A DNA stretch of 64,000 bases from Candidatus Poribacteria bacterium. GTDB taxonomy: Bacteria; Poribacteria; WGA-4E; PCPOR2b. The notes beneath the pieces were generated by a model. It did no database searches and was not told the origin of the DNA. It saw only the letters and a program-made list of their open reading frames with translations. Positions 61,033-64,000 of the stretch are shown here, one piece after another. A program made the translations under genes and the position numbers. Where the stretch lies: assembly GCA_965208325.1 (NCBI GenBank), contig OZ242326.1, positions 3,968,001-4,032,000 on the forward strand, in the 5' to 3' direction. Within the stretch, counting starts at the first letter, position 1. Every line of letters starts with the position of its first letter.

Positions 61033-61812
61033 ATGAAACGGCTGCTTGAACTTAATGTTGTATTGATTTTTCTGTTTCTTTACGCGCCAATTTTGACGTT
61101 AATCGTTTTCTCGTTCAACACCTCTGAACCAACTGCGGCATGGGGACCACTGAGTTGGTACGCAAAGCTGTTTCAAAACCGCGACTTGTGGCACGCCTGC
61201 CGGATCAGCCTCATTGTAGCGGGGTGTTCAACCGCCATCGCAACAATTATTGGAACGATGGCTGCATTTGCCGTTGAGAGGTACCGTTTTCCGTTTCGAC
61301 TTGCCCTGACGAGAGCGCTCTTCCTGCCGATTATCATACCGGACATTGTGATGGCAATTGCGCTCTTGACGTTTTACGTTCAGGTTCACCTTCCGCTAGG
61401 ACTCGTTTCGATTGTTGTAGCGCACGTGGCGTTCAGTACCTCGTATGTTTTGATTGTCGTTCGTGCACGGCTGAAGGGATTTGACAGGTCCTTCGAGGAA
61501 GCTGCGTTGGATCTCGGCGCGAATAGATGGAACACGTTCCGGCATATCACCCTACCGCTCATTGCACCGGGTGTCGTTGGCGGCGCGCTGCTGGCGTTTA
61601 CGTTGTCAATTGACGATTTTGTGATCACATTCTTTACAGCAGGCGTCGGTTACACGACCTTACCCGTTCGCGTTTACTCGACGCTAAAGTTTGGAATCAC
61701 GCCGGAGCTCAATGCCTTATCAACGCTGCTGCTGTTGAATTCTATCTGTCTTGTTATTTTATCGCTGAAGTTTCAAGGAGGGAGTGGGAGGGAGGTAATG
61801 AATAATGAGTAA
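61033..61812 (+). CDS. potC: Polyamine ABC transporter permease (PotC-like)
   Basis: 'FLYAPI..LIVFSFN', EAA loop 'EEAALDLGA', 'AFTLSIDDFVITFF', 'GITPELNAL'. Confidence 0.85.
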   Translation: MKRLLELNVVLIFLFLYAPILTLIVFSFNTSEPTAAWGPLSWYAKLFQNRDLWHACRISLIVAGCSTAIATIIGTMAAFAVERYRFPFRLALTRALFLPIIIPDIVMAIALLTFYVQVHLPLGLVSIVVAHVAFSTSYVLIVVRARLKGFDRSFEEAALDLGANRWNTFRHITLPLIAPGVVGGALLAFTLSIDDFVITFFTAGVGYTTLPVRVYSTLKFGITPELNALSTLLLLNSICLVILSLKFQGGSGREVMNNE

Positions 61813-61907
61813 AGCGTAATGAGTAAAGCGTAATGAGTAAAGCGTAATGAGTAATGAGTAATGAGTAAAGCGTAATGAGTAATGAGTAATGAGTAATACG
61901 TAAGGGG
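61796..61907. repeat. Heptamer tandem repeat (TAATGAG/TAAAGCG), 16 units
   Basis: Directly visible 7-nt periodicity, every unit starting TAA. Confidence 0.92.
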
Positions 61908-61972
61908 TAAGGTCGGGGACGTACTCGTTTTCGGTCGACAGTTGAGCCACAAGAGAGAGCGGCGGCCTGTGG

Positions 61973-62884
61973 TTAGCGGTCTGTCGTATCCTGGTCACTG
62001 GCGATAATTTCTGTGCCGATTCCCTTTGAAGTAAAGACTTCCAGCAATATTGCGTGGCTGATTCTGCCATCAATGATGTGCGTCTTTTTAACGCCGCGAT
62101 TGAGCGCTGTGACGCAGGCTTCGACTTTTGGCAGCATACCGCTGCTGATGACACCGGCAGCGATTAGCTGCTCAATATCATCAACTTTAATTGTCGAAAT
62201 TAGCGTCGCCTCATCGTCCATCTGCCGTAGGATGCCCCGCTGATTTGTCAGCAGGATGAGTTTTTCAGCCTGAAGCGCCGCCGCAATTTCGCCCGCAGTA
62301 ATATCTGCATTGATGTTGTAGGTGCAGCCATCTTCCCCAACACCGCTTGGTGCAATCACGGGGACATACCCCGCCTTATCCAGGGCGATTATAACTTCAG
62401 GGTTTACCTTTACAATATCACCTACAAAGCCGAGATCGACAGTTGATGCGCCGCCATGCTCATCGACGATGCGGGCGACATGTTTTGATGCACGGATAAG
62501 GTTGGCATCTTTTCCACAAAGACCGACTGCGCTCCCGCCATGCTGATTAATAAGTGAAACGATTTCCTTGTTAATTGCACCAGCTAACACCATTTCAGCG
62601 ATCTCGATGGTTTCTCGATCTGTAACCCGCAGCCCCTGCACAAACTCGGCTTCTTTGCCAATCCTCTTCATCCACCCGCTAATTTGGGCGCCGCCGCCAT
62701 GGACAACGACAGGTTGCATGCCGATGTATTTCAATAATACGATGTCCTGCATGACGCTGTGCTTGAGCGATTCTTGCTCCATCGCAGAGCCGCCATACTT
62801 AATCACGATTGTCTTTCCCGAAAAACGGCGGATGTACGGCAACGCCTCAATCAGGATATCTGCTTTTTTTACGAGTTCATCCAT
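61973..62884 (-). CDS. argB: Acetylglutamate kinase
   Basis: 'EALPYI..F.GKTIVIKYGGSAM', 'VVHGGG', 'NINAD', 'GMLPKV', 'IIDGR'. Confidence 0.96.
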   Translation of the reverse strand: MDELVKKADILIEALPYIRRFSGKTIVIKYGGSAMEQESLKHSVMQDIVLLKYIGMQPVVVHGGGAQISGWMKRIGKEAEFVQGLRVTDRETIEIAEMVLAGAINKEIVSLINQHGGSAVGLCGKDANLIRASKHVARIVDEHGGASTVDLGFVGDIVKVNPEVIIALDKAGYVPVIAPSGVGEDGCTYNINADITAGEIAAALQAEKLILLTNQRGILRQMDDEATLISTIKVDDIEQLIAAGVISSGMLPKVEACVTALNRGVKKTHIIDGRISHAILLEVFTSKGIGTEIIASDQDTTDR

Positions 62885-62983
62885 CTCTGTGCTCCAATAT
62901 CCGTCATACCTGAGTTAATTGGGAGTTCATGATTTTCTAGTGATGTGTTTTTTTACTTACCGCCGGTCGTTGCCCGCTGGCCG

Positions 62984-64000
62984 TCAAGTTCGGTAGTCTG
63001 CGTTAATGCGAATATAATCGTAAGAATAGTCGCACGTCCACATGGTGACGGCCGCATCTCCAGCGTTCAAATCGACATCAATTGCCACGGTGTCCTTGGC
63101 GAAAAGATTAGTTGCCTTCTCCTCATCGAAGCCCGCGTCCATGCCGTGCTTGACTAGCTGGTAGCCGTTGAACCACACGTCAACCTGATACGGGTCGAAT
63201 TCTGCTTCCGATTTTCCAATCGCCATCAAAATCCTACCCCAATTCGGGTCCGCTCCAAAAACTGCGGTCTTTACGAGCGGCGACTCAGCGATCGCGCGGG
63301 CTACCATCTCTCCTTCGACTTCGTCCTTCGCACCTTTGACAATTACTTCAATTAATTTTGTTGCGCCCTCCCCGTCTCGTGCGATCATTTTCGCTAACTC
63401 TATACAAGCGAAATCCAAACCTTTTTGAAATTGGTCATAATCTTCGCTATCAACGTTTGATATGATTGGATTTCCTGCGGATCCGGTCGCCAAAATGAGC
63501 ACAGTATCGTTCGTGCTGCTGTCCGAATCGACCGTGATGCGGTTGAAAGATTTTGAAACAGCTTCGCGCAGCGCAGTCTGCAACGGTTCAGCGGAGATGT
63601 TCGCATCCGTCATTAGAAAACCGAGCATGGTGGCGAGGTGCGGAGCAATCATCCCTGCGCCTTTCGTCATACCGCCGATTCTGGCCTTTTTTCCTGCAAT
63701 CTCAATCTCAACCGCAAACTCCTTGGGGACGGTATCGGTTGTCATGATTGCGAGGGCGGCGTCATGTCCATTATCAGGCCGCAGTGTCCCCGCTGCGAGA
63801 CGAATTCCGTTGTCGATTTTGTCCATTGGCAACTGCACGCCGATAACACCCGTCGACGCGACTAACACGAGGCTTGGATCGATGCCGAGCGCGATTCCAG
63901 TCAACGCGGTCATCTGCCGCGCATTGGCTAATCCGAGGCCGCCCGTACATGCATTAGCATTCTTGCTGTTGATGACAATCGCTTGCGCTGTTTGGTCATT
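62984..64000 (-). CDS. argJ: Ornithine acetyltransferase/N-acetylglutamate synthase, 5'-partial
   Basis: 'NANACTG', 'STGVIG', 'IMTTDT', 'KGAGMI.P.LATML', 'STND', 'DGEGATK', 'NWGR'. Frame is open to the window end. Confidence 0.96.
   Translation of the reverse strand, partial: NDQTAQAIVINSKNANACTGGLGLANARQMTALTGIALGIDPSLVLVASTGVIGVQLPMDKIDNGIRLAAGTLRPDNGHDAALAIMTTDTVPKEFAVEIEIAGKKARIGGMTKGAGMIAPHLATMLGFLMTDANISAEPLQTALREAVSKSFNRITVDSDSSTNDTVLILATGSAGNPIISNVDSEDYDQFQKGLDFACIELAKMIARDGEGATKLIEVIVKGAKDEVEGEMVARAIAESPLVKTAVFGADPNWGRILMAIGKSEAEFDPYQVDVWFNGYQLVKHGMDAGFDEEKATNLFAKDTVAIDVDLNAGDAAVTMWTCDYSYDYIRINADYRT

Noticed and set aside
61759..62154. 131-aa minus-strand ORF with LITHY repeats
   Set aside because: Translation of the heptamer repeat overlapping argB in another frame.

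Overview
Bacterial chromosomal window, about 50% GC. It most resembles Candidatus Poribacteria, a sponge-associated lineage; this is inferred from three PhyH dioxygenases, a LamG protein with a 'VSPPGTLAILWATLK' C-terminal tail, and ECF-sigma/beta-propeller fusions. From left to right: (1) part of a DUF4129-DUF4350-MoxR-DUF58 operon; (2) a ~17 kb run of co-oriented, unrelated accessory genes starting with an unusual HisG-HisE fusion; (3) two ECF-sigma/TM/beta-propeller paralogues, one with a decayed sigma domain; (4) RDD/SpoIIM; (5) a restriction-modification module whose methyltransferase is headed by an orphan Phd/YefM-type protein with a consensus promoter and tandem palindromic operator; (6) three tandem paralogous membrane proteins; (7) metabolic genes; (8) a ~1.3 kb tandem array of mosaic REP-like units; (9) an Nma111-like protease, prpD, an M23 peptidase and a 2092-aa C25/PorU-like peptidase; (10) a second MoxR, a PotC-like permease, a heptamer repeat, argB and partial argJ. 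I found no rRNA, tRNA, CRISPR array, integrase or transposase. All family calls come from motif recognition by eye; no database searches were run.
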